This document shows positions 10,314-19,956 of a stretch of DNA of 64,000 bases, piece by piece (position 1 is the stretch's first letter; the number at the start of each line of letters is the position of its first letter). The notes below the pieces were generated by a model. That model was not told where the DNA came from. It was given only the letters and a program-made list of their open reading frames with translations, and ran no database searches. The position numbers were made by a program, and so were the translations under genes. Origin of the DNA: Bacillota bacterium (GTDB lineage: Bacteria; Bacillota; DTU065); assembly GCA_018435125.1 (NCBI GenBank), contig JAHDNZ010000029.1, positions 3,735-67,734 of the forward strand, given 5' to 3'.

Positions 10314-11258
10314 ATGTTTCTTTATGAAAAATCAGCTACCGATCTTTACAATTTTCATGCTGAAGTCCAAAAACCAGCAGACTTTGATGAGTTTTGGAAA
10401 CAAACTAAAACTCTGGCCCAAGAAAAATTAGAGTTTTCTCTAGAAAAAACTTCTTTTCCACTTAAAGCCAGGATCTATAAGGTAACTCTGCTGGGCTTTG
10501 CCGATACGAAGCTATATGGTTACTACCTATTACCTTTAGATGAATCCAAAAAATACCCCTTAGCTTTATTCTTCCATGGCTACAGAGGTTACGCGTCTTC
10601 ACCTTTTGCTTTTTCGTCCTACTTATTAAATGGCATTGCTGTCTTAGCCTTTGATCTACGGGGTCAAGTCGGTTTGAGTGGTGATAGTGGTTACGAAAGT
10701 GGCCATGTACCCGGTTGGATGACACAAGATTTAGATAACCCGTTTAACTGCTATTACCGTCGTATAATAGTAGATGCTCTAAGAATGGTAAATTTGGGCT
10801 TAAGCCTACCTGATATAGATGCTACTAAGATTATGGTTCAAGGCGCTTCGCAAGGTGGGGGACTAGCTTTAGCCACTGCTGCCTTATGTGAAAATGTCTC
10901 TTTATGTATCGCTGCTGTACCCAATATGTGCTATATGGAATATGGCGTACTCAATTCCAACAGCTCGCTTAAAGAAGTTATGGAATACTTAAAACTTTAC
11001 CCAGATAAAGCCTTGGCTTTTTTCAATACCCTAAGTTATTTTGATAACCTTAATTTAGTTGAACATATTAAATGTCCGGTATTAGTCTCTGTTGGTCTCC
11101 AAGACCCAGTCTGCTTACCAAAAACTGTTTTCGCTGCTTATAATCGCATAAACTCTCCGAAAGAAATTAAGGTTTACCCATTTAGCGGCCACGATGGAGG
11201 TGGAGATCTTTTTAGCCAAAAAGCCATGGGATTTGCGCTTTCTCATCTTAATCCTTAA
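10314..11258 (+). CDS. CE7-family acetyl xylan esterase / cephalosporin-C deacetylase
   Basis: 314 aa. GASQGGG nucleophile elbow as in the GGSQGG motif of Cah. RBS GGAGG 8 nt upstream of the ATG. Confidence 0.85.
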   Translation: MFLYEKSATDLYNFHAEVQKPADFDEFWKQTKTLAQEKLEFSLEKTSFPLKARIYKVTLLGFADTKLYGYYLLPLDESKKYPLALFFHGYRGYASSPFAFSSYLLNGIAVLAFDLRGQVGLSGDSGYESGHVPGWMTQDLDNPFNCYYRRIIVDALRMVNLGLSLPDIDATKIMVQGASQGGGLALATAALCENVSLCIAAVPNMCYMEYGVLNSNSSLKEVMEYLKLYPDKALAFFNTLSYFDNLNLVEHIKCPVLVSVGLQDPVCLPKTVFAAYNRINSPKEIKVYPFSGHDGGGDLFSQKAMGFALSHLNP

Positions 11259-11269
11259 ATGAAAGGAAA

Positions 11270-12334
11270 ATGAATATGAAAAAAAACCGTCTGTTTTTAT
11301 TTTATGTTCTAATTCTTAGTCTCTTGCTTTTAACAGGCTGTAAGCAAGAAGATATTAAGTTTGCCATCCCTGAAAGCAATGTTCCTACAATTACAGTACT
11401 TGCTTACCATCGCATTATAGATGGAGGGCCTTCTTTTATTGATGTTTCCACTTACATGTTTGATAGCCACCTTAACTGGTTAAAGGATAACGGTTATCAA
11501 GTGATTGACTTTGATAGTTTTATGGCTTTTCTGGCCGGAGAAAAAACTTTACCCGCTAAAGCAGTCCTAATTACCTTTGATGATGGCTATCAAGAAACCA
11601 TAACCAATGCCGCACCTATTTTAGAAAGGCATGGGCTGCCCGCCACACTTTTTATCTATTCACACCGTATTAAAGACTACTCTCATCCGGGTGGGCTTTC
11701 AGTTCAGGAATTAAAGCAACTGCAGCAAAAAGGCTGGTCTATTCAGGCCCACACCATTTCACATGCCGATCTCAGTCAATATGCCCCCAATAATAAAGCC
11801 GGTGCTTTAGCTGAAATGGTTGCCAATAAGGAACTGCTTGAAAGGCTACTTGAAAGACCGGTATCTGCTTTGGCTTATCCTTATGGTGCCTATACTAATG
11901 AGGTTGAAGCCTGGGCCAAGGAAGCAGGTTTTAGTGCATGCTTTTTAATTGAAGAAGGACCTAATACTTTTTCTCCCCATCCTTATCGCTTAAAAAGGCA
12001 TATGCTCTATGCTAAAGATACCCTCCAGGATTTTGCATATAAAGTCAGCAGTTCACCCTTAGAAGTTATTAAAACTATTCCCGCTCAAGCTCAGGTTATA
12101 AACTACAGACCTAATACCATTATTGTTGATGTAGACCTACCTACTGGCCTGGAGGTTAAAAAGGTCTTAGCTGATTTGGAAAGCGAAGAGCTCGATGCCA
12201 GATTTGATGTTCAAAAACAGCGTATAGTAGTTGAAACTCCATCAATCTCATATGGACACCACAACCTAACTGTTCGCTTGCTTGGTAGTGATTTGAGAAT
12301 GTATATCTATGGGTGGTCTTTTGTAATTCGTTAA
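11270..12334 (+). CDS. polysaccharide deacetylase (CE4, NodB homology) lipoprotein
   Basis: Lipobox LLLTGC. NodB motif ITFDDGYQET. 11 nt downstream of the esterase gene, so likely co-transcribed. Confidence 0.85.
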   Translation: MNMKKNRLFLFYVLILSLLLLTGCKQEDIKFAIPESNVPTITVLAYHRIIDGGPSFIDVSTYMFDSHLNWLKDNGYQVIDFDSFMAFLAGEKTLPAKAVLITFDDGYQETITNAAPILERHGLPATLFIYSHRIKDYSHPGGLSVQELKQLQQKGWSIQAHTISHADLSQYAPNNKAGALAEMVANKELLERLLERPVSALAYPYGAYTNEVEAWAKEAGFSACFLIEEGPNTFSPHPYRLKRHMLYAKDTLQDFAYKVSSSPLEVIKTIPAQAQVINYRPNTIIVDVDLPTGLEVKKVLADLESEELDARFDVQKQRIVVETPSISYGHHNLTVRLLGSDLRMYIYGWSFVIR

Positions 12335-12347
12335 GTAAAATACAATC

Positions 12348-12490
12348 CCCCCTCAAAGAACAGTTGTTTTGAGAGGTGCTTATCACCTAGAAAAAGCCCC
12401 GAAAGACTGATATGCCCCCTTATGATAAACAGTTTTGTTATTTTTACTGTCTACCACAAAGAGGGCATATCAGCTTGTCCTTTTGAGGGC
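12348..12490. terminator. convergent terminator region with nested, alternative palindromes
   Basis: CCCCTCAAA can pair with either TTTGAGG (12368) or TTTTGAGGGC (12481). A 12-bp stem CTGATATGCCC / GGGCATATCAG encloses 45 nt. Confidence 0.5.
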
Positions 12491-12497
12491 TGTTTTT

Positions 12498-14000
12498 TTA
12501 TTCCTTTGCAGCGAATCCACTACTTACTGGTTCTAAAGATGGTTCATATACTTTAGGATGGATTGGACCACGCCACTTTAGATCAATGGGGTTGCCATAG
12601 ATATCTAATAGCGGTCTGGGAGCCACTTTTTTGTAGGTTGAAAGCATAACAACCACAAAAATAACAAAACTGATACCCAAACCGATTAGATCGTTGGGTG
12701 TATTAGGTGAAAAGAAAGAAAGTAAAATCCAAGAACCAAATCCAATTAACGATGAAGCTGTAGCAGCTGGGGTATTGGCTTTTTTACTCCATATGCCAAA
12801 TACCAAAGGCACAAAGCAACCAACCAGTAAAAAGGCCCAAGACGAGACCATCAGATCATAGATATTTTGAAACCATAAAGCTGTGGCCAAAGATGCTAGA
12901 GTTATCCCCAGAGTTGCATAACGTGCTAAGACTAATTCTTGTTTGGGACTTAACTTTTTTATATGGGGAGCTATATTTCTGGTTATTATGCTTGCCGGTG
13001 CAAGTATGGCACTATCACAAGAAGACATTATGGCTGAAAGTAAGGCGCCCACAAATAAGGCTATTAATAAATTGGGTAAGTATTTCTGAGCTAAGACAAC
13101 CAGGATCATCTCTGAGTTTTGAATCTCCGGAACAACTAAGCGGCCAATAATTCCTAAAGTTACCGGAATTATACCAAGAAGAATATAGGCAACTCCGGAA
13201 ATATAAGATGCATTCTGAGCTGTGTTTTCATCTTTGCTAGATAAAGCTCGTTGCATTAAATCCTGACCAGGTATAGAGCCAAAGCCGACTATTATCCAAG
13301 CTTGCAAATAAAACAACCAGTCATTAAGACCTGCGTTTCTTGGAAAGAAATAAAACATCTCATGTGGTATTTTGGTCTCTAAAGTGCTAAGACCGCCGAT
13401 ATCATGCAAAACAATGGGAAACATTATAATAAGACCTAGAACTAATATTATCATCTGCACAAAATCCGTAATTGTTACTGCCCACATGCCACCTTGATAG
13501 GTATAAAACAACACCACCAAGGCTGATATTACTATTCCCCAGGTTGGAGAAAGGCCTGTAACTGAATGAACAATAAAACCAAGGGCAACAAGTTCAGCCG
13601 CTACCCAGCCCACAAATGCTGGAATCGTAATAATTGATGCTAGCAATTCATTTAATTTGCCATATTTAATTGCAAAAAAATCAGCAATAGTAAGCAATTT
13701 CATCCGTCTCATGGTTCTAACAAAGAAAAAACCACCCAGAATCAAGCACAGGCCAGCACCAAAGGGGTCGGCAATGGCCCCCATAAAACCATTATAATAT
13801 GATTCACCAGCAGCTCCCATTGAAGTACCGCCACCAAACCAAGTAGCAAAAAGTGTTGCTGTAGCTAAGCCTAAAGGTAGTCTCCTGCCGGCTACAATAA
13901 AGTCTTCCGAGCTGTTGATGTTTTTACTGGTTACATATCCTATGTAAAGCATTGCTAGCATGTATACTGCTATACCACCTATTACCCATGCATTGTTCAT
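12498..14000 (-). CDS. sodium:solute symporter family transporter
   Basis: 500 aa, about 13 TM helices, SSF (PutP/PanF-like) N-terminal signature. Confidence 0.85.
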   Translation of the reverse strand: MNNAWVIGGIAVYMLAMLYIGYVTSKNINSSEDFIVAGRRLPLGLATATLFATWFGGGTSMGAAGESYYNGFMGAIADPFGAGLCLILGGFFFVRTMRRMKLLTIADFFAIKYGKLNELLASIITIPAFVGWVAAELVALGFIVHSVTGLSPTWGIVISALVVLFYTYQGGMWAVTITDFVQMIILVLGLIIMFPIVLHDIGGLSTLETKIPHEMFYFFPRNAGLNDWLFYLQAWIIVGFGSIPGQDLMQRALSSKDENTAQNASYISGVAYILLGIIPVTLGIIGRLVVPEIQNSEMILVVLAQKYLPNLLIALFVGALLSAIMSSCDSAILAPASIITRNIAPHIKKLSPKQELVLARYATLGITLASLATALWFQNIYDLMVSSWAFLLVGCFVPLVFGIWSKKANTPAATASSLIGFGSWILLSFFSPNTPNDLIGLGISFVIFVVVMLSTYKKVAPRPLLDIYGNPIDLKWRGPIHPKVYEPSLEPVSSGFAAKE

Positions 14001-14168
14001 TAAAACGATCTTCCTCCTTTAACACTGCTAGAGATAAAAAGACACTACATTTACCCGATTTCGAGACCTTCTAAACCTAATAGCAATCTCCCTTTCTTAA
14101 ATAAAACCCATAAAGCACTAAACAATATGTCTTACTGCTAGAAGGCAGTAAATACTTTACGAGAACTG

Positions 14169-14197
14169 ATTATGAAGCAAAATTACCTAATAGTCAA
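14169..14197 (-). promoter_or_regulatory. sigmaA-type promoter for the SSF transporter (TTGACT-N17-CATAAT)
   Basis: Hexamers read directly from the sequence. About 150-nt leader before the GGAGG RBS. Confidence 0.5.
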
Positions 14198-14208
14198 CAC
14201 CTTAAATA

Positions 14209-14246
14209 ATAAAAAAAAATTAGACCAAGTTCAAACTTGGTCTAAA
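14209..14246 (-). terminator. rho-independent terminator after tcdA
   Basis: TTAGACCAAGTT-CAAA-CTTGGTCTAA hairpin followed by U9 on the minus strand. Confidence 0.8.
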
Positions 14247-14352
14247 ATCTAGCTCGCACTCACTCAGATACAAAAACAAACCTATTTGTAATAAAAGTTG
14301 AGGTGTCTTTTATAAGAAAATTTTCCCCAGCTTTAACTCCGAAGCTCAAGCG

Positions 14353-15054
14353 TCACTCATTTGCTAAGTCTCTCACAACTAAAGAAGCTAGAGCAAAGCC
14401 TGTAGCCGGAGGGACAAAGGCTGTAGAACCAATTAGGAGTTTACCTTCTATTGCAGTGGCCTTAACAGGTTTTTCCAGCGAATAGATAACTTTAAGCCCT
14501 TTTTCTATACCGTGTTCCCTAAGTCTTTTACGCATCACTTTAGCTAAAGGATCGGTGTTGGTGTCTGAGATATCACCACTGCGAATAAGGGTAGGGTCCA
14601 GTCTTCCTCCAGCTCCCATAGAAGAGACAATCCCAATGTGGTTTTGTAGACAGAAAACAATTAAAGCTGTTTTAGCCTCAATATCATCGATACAATCAAC
14701 CACATAGTCAGTATCAAAAATATAATGCTTTATGTTTAATGGTGTGAGAAATGCCTTTATAGCTTCTACCTTAGTCTTAGGTGCAGCATCTAGAAGTCGG
14801 TTTTTTAATGCTTGAACCTTGTCCTGGCCAATATTAGATCTTAAGGCTACTAATTGACGATTTAGATTAGTCTTATCAACTACATCACCATCTATTAATT
14901 TTAAAAAACCTATTCCTGAACGTGCTAAAGCCTCTGCCGCTGCACTGCCAACCCCTCCTAGGCCACATACAATAACCCTGCTTTGAGAGAGCCTTAAAAG
15001 GGCTTTTTCTCCCATAACAAGACTGGTCCTTGATAGATATTGATCTTGATTCAT
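14353..15054 (-). CDS. tcdA: tRNA threonylcarbamoyladenosine dehydratase (ThiF/MoeB E1-like)
   Basis: Rossmann motif VIVCGLGGVGS. Real start taken as MNQDQYLS. The ORF track's upstream TTG extension runs through a structured RNA region. Confidence 0.8.
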   Translation of the reverse strand: MNQDQYLSRTSLVMGEKALLRLSQSRVIVCGLGGVGSAAAEALARSGIGFLKLIDGDVVDKTNLNRQLVALRSNIGQDKVQALKNRLLDAAPKTKVEAIKAFLTPLNIKHYIFDTDYVVDCIDDIEAKTALIVFCLQNHIGIVSSMGAGGRLDPTLIRSGDISDTNTDPLAKVMRKRLREHGIEKGLKVIYSLEKPVKATAIEGKLLIGSTAFVPPATGFALASLVVRDLANE

Positions 15055-15100
15055 AGCAAGCACCGCCTTAAAATCCAATTCCTCAGCTAAAGACAGACAC

Positions 15101-15317
15101 AAAAAGGAGCCCCAATTGGCTCCCTTTCTTAGCAGGTCCCCGCCGTGCCGCTGGGGCTGAATGTTGATGAACCTGCTAAAGCAGGTGGGTGCCCTGTTTA
15201 CAGCTTTCGTAAATCCAATCAGGTCTTGCGGCCACTGCAAAACATCCGGACTCCCTTTCTAAGTGTGTTGGCTCATAACTTAATCAGCTTGACTACGAAC
15301 ACAGCAGGGTTTGTTGT
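15101..15317 (-). ncRNA. ssrS: candidate 6S RNA (ssrS/bsrA-like)
   Basis: GC-rich, structured, non-coding stretch between aspS and tcdA, where bsrA sits in Bacillus subtilis. sigmaA-like promoter TTGAAG-N17-TATTAT at 15324-15352. Intrinsic terminator GGAGCC-CCAATT-GGCTCC plus U5 at 15101-15123. Predicted length about 215 nt. Confidence 0.45.
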
Positions 15318-15374
15318 AGCTTTATAATAGCATAACTTGAGATTTTCTTCAACGGAATAGCAAATGTTGCCAAG

Positions 15375-17129
15375 CTATGACTTGACTACAGTTGAAGCGA
15401 TATGCAACTCCTTTAATTGTTTGGAACTTACCGTGGAAGGAGCCTCAGTAAGAAGGCAGATAGCTTTTTGAGTCTTGGGGAAGGCTATAACATCACGTAT
15501 GGATTCTGCCTTGGCCAACAGCCAGATCATGCGATCCAAACCAAAGGCAATGCCACCGTGGGGTGGAGGTCCAAACTTAAAAGCTTGCAGTAAGAAACCG
15601 AACTTTTCCTCAGCTTCTTCTTCTGATATCCCCAGTACTTTAAAGAGTTTTGTCTGTAAATTAGCATCATGGATTCTAATTGAACCACCGCCTAATTCTA
15701 CCCCATTTAATACTAAGTCATATGCTTTAGCTAGGGCGTTAGCGGGATCCTCGTCAAAATTTTCCTCTTTGGGAGCTGTAAAAGGATGATGAACTGCCAT
15801 ATAACGATTTTCATCTTTATCCCACTCTAATAGAGGGAAATCGACTACCCAAAGAAAATTCATCTTGTCTTTAGGAATTAGACCGAGGGTCTCACCTAAA
15901 TCTAGACGGAGTCTTCCTAAAACTGCAGCTACAGTCTCTTTTTGATCGGCCACGAGAAGAAGTAAATCTCCATTTTGGGCTTGTAACCTTTGAGTTATGT
16001 TAGCTATCTCTGTGTCCGTAAAGAATTTAGCAATTGGGCTTTTAATTTCATCTTTAATAAGCATCCAGGCCAGACCTTTTGCGCCTAGTTCTTGGGCCAG
16101 AGTAGTCAGGTCATCGAGTTGCTTTCTGGTATAATCAGCACAACCCTTAACGCAAATCCCTTTTACCTGTCCACCTTTTTTGATGGTTTCATTAAATACT
16201 TTAAACCCACAATCTGCTAGTAGATCTGTTAGGTCTACTAATTCCATACCAAAACGAGTATCCGGCTTGTCTGAACCATAGCGGTTCATGGCTTCTTGAT
16301 AGGTCATGCGTGGAAAGGGTGTATCGATTTTGATGGCATAAATTCTCTCAAAGAGATAAACAAACATTCTCTCTATCAATTGTTGAATATCCTGTTCTTC
16401 AACAAAGGACATCTCCATATCGATCTGGGTAAATTCCGGTTGCCTATCCTTGCGCAGATCCTCGTCCCGGAAGCATTTAACGATCTGGAAGTATTTTTCA
16501 AAACCGGAGACCATTAATAGCTGCTTAAAAAGCTGTGGTGATTGTGGCAGTGCAAAAAAAGTTCCAGGATTGACACGGCTTGGAACCAGATAGTCTCTAG
16601 CTCCTTCCGGTGTCGATTTGGTAAGCATAGGTGTTTCGACCTCTAAAAAACCTTCTTTATCGAGGAAATCTCTTACTGCTTTAGTCACCTGATGCCTTAA
16701 GATAAAGTTTTGCTGCAATTCCGGACGTCTTAAATCTAAATAACGGTATTTTAATCTAACCGCTTCATCGACATCACTTCTGGTATCCAGAGCAAAAGGC
16801 AAAGCCTGGCTTGGCGAGAGAATAGTTAGCTTTTGAGCTTTTACCTCGATCTCTCCTGTTTTAAGTTCATTGTTCTCCAAACCTTCGGGTCTAATTGATA
16901 CTTCACCTTGAATCTGCACACAAAACTCACTGCGAAGCTTTTCAGCCAAGTTAAAATTTTCTTTACTGGTATCAGGATCAAAGACAACTTGTACAAGACC
17001 GGAGCGATCTCTTAAATCAACAAAGATTAAGCCGCCATGATCACGGCGTCGATGGACCCAGCCACTTAAAATAACAACTTGACCCGCATCTTTTTTACTA
17101 AGTGATCCACAATCTCTATCCTTCATCAT
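15375..17129 (-). CDS. aspS: aspartate--tRNA ligase
   Basis: 584 aa class II aaRS with an OB anticodon-binding N-terminus. 4-nt overlap with hisS. Confidence 0.95.
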   Translation of the reverse strand: MMKDRDCGSLSKKDAGQVVILSGWVHRRRDHGGLIFVDLRDRSGLVQVVFDPDTSKENFNLAEKLRSEFCVQIQGEVSIRPEGLENNELKTGEIEVKAQKLTILSPSQALPFALDTRSDVDEAVRLKYRYLDLRRPELQQNFILRHQVTKAVRDFLDKEGFLEVETPMLTKSTPEGARDYLVPSRVNPGTFFALPQSPQLFKQLLMVSGFEKYFQIVKCFRDEDLRKDRQPEFTQIDMEMSFVEEQDIQQLIERMFVYLFERIYAIKIDTPFPRMTYQEAMNRYGSDKPDTRFGMELVDLTDLLADCGFKVFNETIKKGGQVKGICVKGCADYTRKQLDDLTTLAQELGAKGLAWMLIKDEIKSPIAKFFTDTEIANITQRLQAQNGDLLLLVADQKETVAAVLGRLRLDLGETLGLIPKDKMNFLWVVDFPLLEWDKDENRYMAVHHPFTAPKEENFDEDPANALAKAYDLVLNGVELGGGSIRIHDANLQTKLFKVLGISEEEAEEKFGFLLQAFKFGPPPHGGIAFGLDRMIWLLAKAESIRDVIAFPKTQKAICLLTEAPSTVSSKQLKELHIASTVVKS

Positions 17130-18376
17130 AATATAATACCCCCTAACCAGTCACCAAGTGGCAACTGAAGTTCTTCTCCACTTTGCATGTTTTTAAGTTT
17201 AACCTGACCTTGTAATAGTTCATCCGGGCCAAGAATTAAACAAAACTTAGCTTTTAATTTATCTGCTTGTTTAAATTGAGCTTTTACCGAACGGTTTAAG
17301 GTATCAAGTTCGGTTTTTAGTCCCTTTTGACGGGCAAGCCTAAGCTGCCGCAGAGCTTCTTCCTTAGTTTGATCACCTATACTAATAATATATAGATCCA
17401 CATCGGGTTCTTTTTGCCACAAAGCTCCGCCAACTTGTAAGCTACGTTCGATTCCCATGGCAAATCCAACCGCGTAAGTTGGCTTTCCACCGACCTCTTC
17501 TACTAGCTTATCATAACGCCCACCGGCTCCAATTGCATTTTGAGCGCCTAGATTTTCGACTGTAAATTCAAAGACCGTCTTGGTATAATAATCCAAACCG
17601 CGAACTAGCCTTGGCTCCTCAACATAGGAAAGCTCAAAGAGGTTAAGGATCTGTTTTAATTTATTAAAATGCTCCTTGCACTCAGGGCAAAGGTAGTCGT
17701 AAATAGGGGGTAAGCTCTTAGTTATAGCCTTACATTTTTCTTCTTTGCAGTCTAATACCCTCAAGGGATTAACATCCAGGCGTCTTACGCAATCTTCGCA
17801 AAGACTATCTTTACTCTTTTTTAGCTCATCTTTTAGTTTAGCAATGTATTGAGGACGACAAGCTTGACAACCAATGGAATTGAGCTTTATAATCACATTT
17901 TTTATCCCCAGTTTTTTATAGATTTCAGAGGCCAAAAGAATTACTTCGGCATCTAAAACCGGCTCCGGGGAACCAAAACACTCCACCCCAAACTGGTGAA
18001 ATTGTCTATATCTTCCAGATTGAGGCTTCTCATAACGAAACATCGGACCTAAGTAATACAGCTTAACAGGCAAACCCATCTCTTGAAGGTTGTTTTCAAT
18101 AAACGCCCTAACTACTGATGCTGTGCCTTCAGGTCTAAGAGTTAAAGAACGTTCAGCCTTATCTAAGAAGGTATACATCTCTTTTTCTACAATATCGGTA
18201 CCCTCGCCAATACCTCGTTGAAATAGTTTTGTCTCCTCAAAAACCGGAGTCCTAATTTCGTGAAAGTTAAAAAGAGCACATTCTTTACGAATGAGTTCCT
18301 CAAGTTTATGCCAGCGCCAAATATCTTCGGGGAGCAGATCGTTGGTGCCTTTGGGCCGTGAGATCATTTTTATCAC
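17126..18376 (-). CDS. hisS: histidine--tRNA ligase
   Basis: 416 aa class II aaRS with the HisRS motif pattern. Confidence 0.95.
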   Translation of the reverse strand: MIKMISRPKGTNDLLPEDIWRWHKLEELIRKECALFNFHEIRTPVFEETKLFQRGIGEGTDIVEKEMYTFLDKAERSLTLRPEGTASVVRAFIENNLQEMGLPVKLYYLGPMFRYEKPQSGRYRQFHQFGVECFGSPEPVLDAEVILLASEIYKKLGIKNVIIKLNSIGCQACRPQYIAKLKDELKKSKDSLCEDCVRRLDVNPLRVLDCKEEKCKAITKSLPPIYDYLCPECKEHFNKLKQILNLFELSYVEEPRLVRGLDYYTKTVFEFTVENLGAQNAIGAGGRYDKLVEEVGGKPTYAVGFAMGIERSLQVGGALWQKEPDVDLYIISIGDQTKEEALRQLRLARQKGLKTELDTLNRSVKAQFKQADKLKAKFCLILGPDELLQGQVKLKNMQSGEELQLPLGDWLGGIIL

Positions 18377-18392
18377 CTCTTGTATTTACATC

Positions 18393-18431
18393 ATTATAAA
18401 GGGAAGTGGTGACAAATGCCACCACTTCCCG
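18393..18431 (-). terminator. terminator after the PPIase gene, in the 90-nt gap before hisS
   Basis: GGGAAGTGGTG-loop-CACCACTTCCC hairpin followed by a U-rich tail. Confidence 0.6.
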
Positions 18432-18465
18432 AAATATCTTTTAACCCCATAAGCTACAAATAATA

Positions 18466-19956
18466 TTACTCCTTAGAAGCTTCATCTGTATCAGATGTAT
18501 CGGCATCAGTTGTTTCATCTTCAGCTTCTTCAGCCTGTAGCTTTTCGGTTATGGCCTTGATTTTGTCCATCTCAGCTTGGCTATTTTCTTTATCGCCAAA
18601 GATATTGAAAATTTGAGCTATCTGATAATGGGTCCAGATATTATCACTTGCTCCTTCGGAGGCATCAATCAAAGCCTTGCTTACTTCAGCATAGATAGTG
18701 CTAATTTCATCATTTTCTTTGGCCCACTCATCTATACTCTTTTGTTCGTCAGTTTCCTGAGCATTAATAATGTTTTGGATCTTAGTCTGACCAACCATGG
18801 CCATATTAATCTTTACAGCAGGTTCACTAGCATTGGTTGCGGCTTCTTTATAATAATCCCAGGCCTTGTCTAGATCACCTTTCTTTTGATAAGCTTCCGC
18901 TAATGAGGCCATAATATACGGATCAGCCGGTTTTCCTTTTTGAGCTTCGGTGTAGGATTTTATAGCTGCATCGATTTTACCTTCACTCATTTCATGCCAG
19001 GCCCTTATTTGCGGATCATAGATTTTAATCTTGGATTTATCTTTTAGGTCGGTAATATATTTTGAGAGTGTTTCGTTCTTTTTGTTATTAAGAAGTGTCT
19101 CTTTGATTTCTTCTTTTTTCTCTTCAAAAGTAGCCTCATCGGCTGTTTTGTGCTCCGTAACTTTAATAATATGATAACCATATTGAGTTTTTACCGGCTT
19201 GCTAATATCGCCATCTTGTAAAGCAAAGGCAGCATCTTCGAATTCTTTGACCATAGCTCCTTTACCAAAGGAACCAAGTTCGCCACCTTTATCTTTACTG
19301 CCAGGATCAACAGAGTTCTCTTTTGCTAGTTCAGCAAAATCAGCTCCGTCTTGAAGTTTTTGATAAAGATCATTAGCCAAGGCTTCATCTTCTACAAGAA
19401 TATGGCTGGCAGTTACCTCTTCAAGCTGAAAGCGGATCTCCTCATCTGTAACGGTAATATCTTTGGTTAGTTTTTCTTGTAGTTCTTGAAATATTAAGGA
19501 CTCTTTAATATCCTTTTTTAATGTATCAAGAGAAATACCCATCATCTCTAAGCGGGCGATTAACTCTTCCGCACCACCAACAGAATCTTCAATTTTCTTT
19601 AGTTCAGCTTCGATATCCTCCTTGGCGGCGTCAAGTTTTAATTCCTTGGCTTCATCAAGGAGGGCTTCACGCATAAGGATCTGCATCAAATACTGAGCTC
19701 TTAAGGGCTCCTGATCAAGACCTGTAAGTTGACCGTAACTCATCTGGTTTTGTTGCTGCCAGACAAAGAAAAAGTCCTTTTCAAATTGTTCTCTGTCAAT
19801 TTTAGTTCCATTAATCTCAGCCACATACCTAGATTGAGCTTTGCTAGAAGAGCCTGCCATTGCAAACGAAGCTGCCACTGTTCCAATAACGAGAATAACA
19901 CCTGCAGCCACTAAAATGGCTTTAGTATTAGCACGAAGTTTAGTCATTAAAGCCAA
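18466..19956 (-). CDS. parvulin-type peptidyl-prolyl isomerase with SurA-N-like and TPR regions (PrsA-like)
   Basis: Signal anchor. PpiC domain (SHILVEDE...GGELGSFGKG...GYHIIKV). TPR-like C-terminus with an acidic tail. Confidence 0.75.
   Translation of the reverse strand: MALMTKLRANTKAILVAAGVILVIGTVAASFAMAGSSSKAQSRYVAEINGTKIDREQFEKDFFFVWQQQNQMSYGQLTGLDQEPLRAQYLMQILMREALLDEAKELKLDAAKEDIEAELKKIEDSVGGAEELIARLEMMGISLDTLKKDIKESLIFQELQEKLTKDITVTDEEIRFQLEEVTASHILVEDEALANDLYQKLQDGADFAELAKENSVDPGSKDKGGELGSFGKGAMVKEFEDAAFALQDGDISKPVKTQYGYHIIKVTEHKTADEATFEEKKEEIKETLLNNKKNETLSKYITDLKDKSKIKIYDPQIRAWHEMSEGKIDAAIKSYTEAQKGKPADPYIMASLAEAYQKKGDLDKAWDYYKEAATNASEPAVKINMAMVGQTKIQNIINAQETDEQKSIDEWAKENDEISTIYAEVSKALIDASEGASDNIWTHYQIAQIFNIFGDKENSQAEMDKIKAITEKLQAEEAEDETTDADTSDTDEASKE

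Noticed and set aside
10201-10725. Small ORFs at 10201-10431 (+) and 10462-10725 (-) around the esterase gene start.
   Set aside because: One overlaps the esterase leader and start in another frame, and the other is antisense inside the esterase. Neither has coding character.
15055-15240. The ORF track's TTG-initiated N-terminal extension of tcdA (MQWPQDLIGF...).
   Set aside because: The extension runs through the GC-rich structured RNA region and contains an intrinsic terminator. The ThiF-family N-terminus aligns from MNQDQYLS, so 15054 is taken as the start.
18393-18431. Possible T-box antiterminator (a GGTGG-containing hairpin upstream of hisS).
   Set aside because: A T-box needs roughly 200 nt of upstream leader with a specifier loop. 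That sequence would lie inside the PPIase coding region, which shows no T-box character. The hairpin is therefore called a plain terminator.
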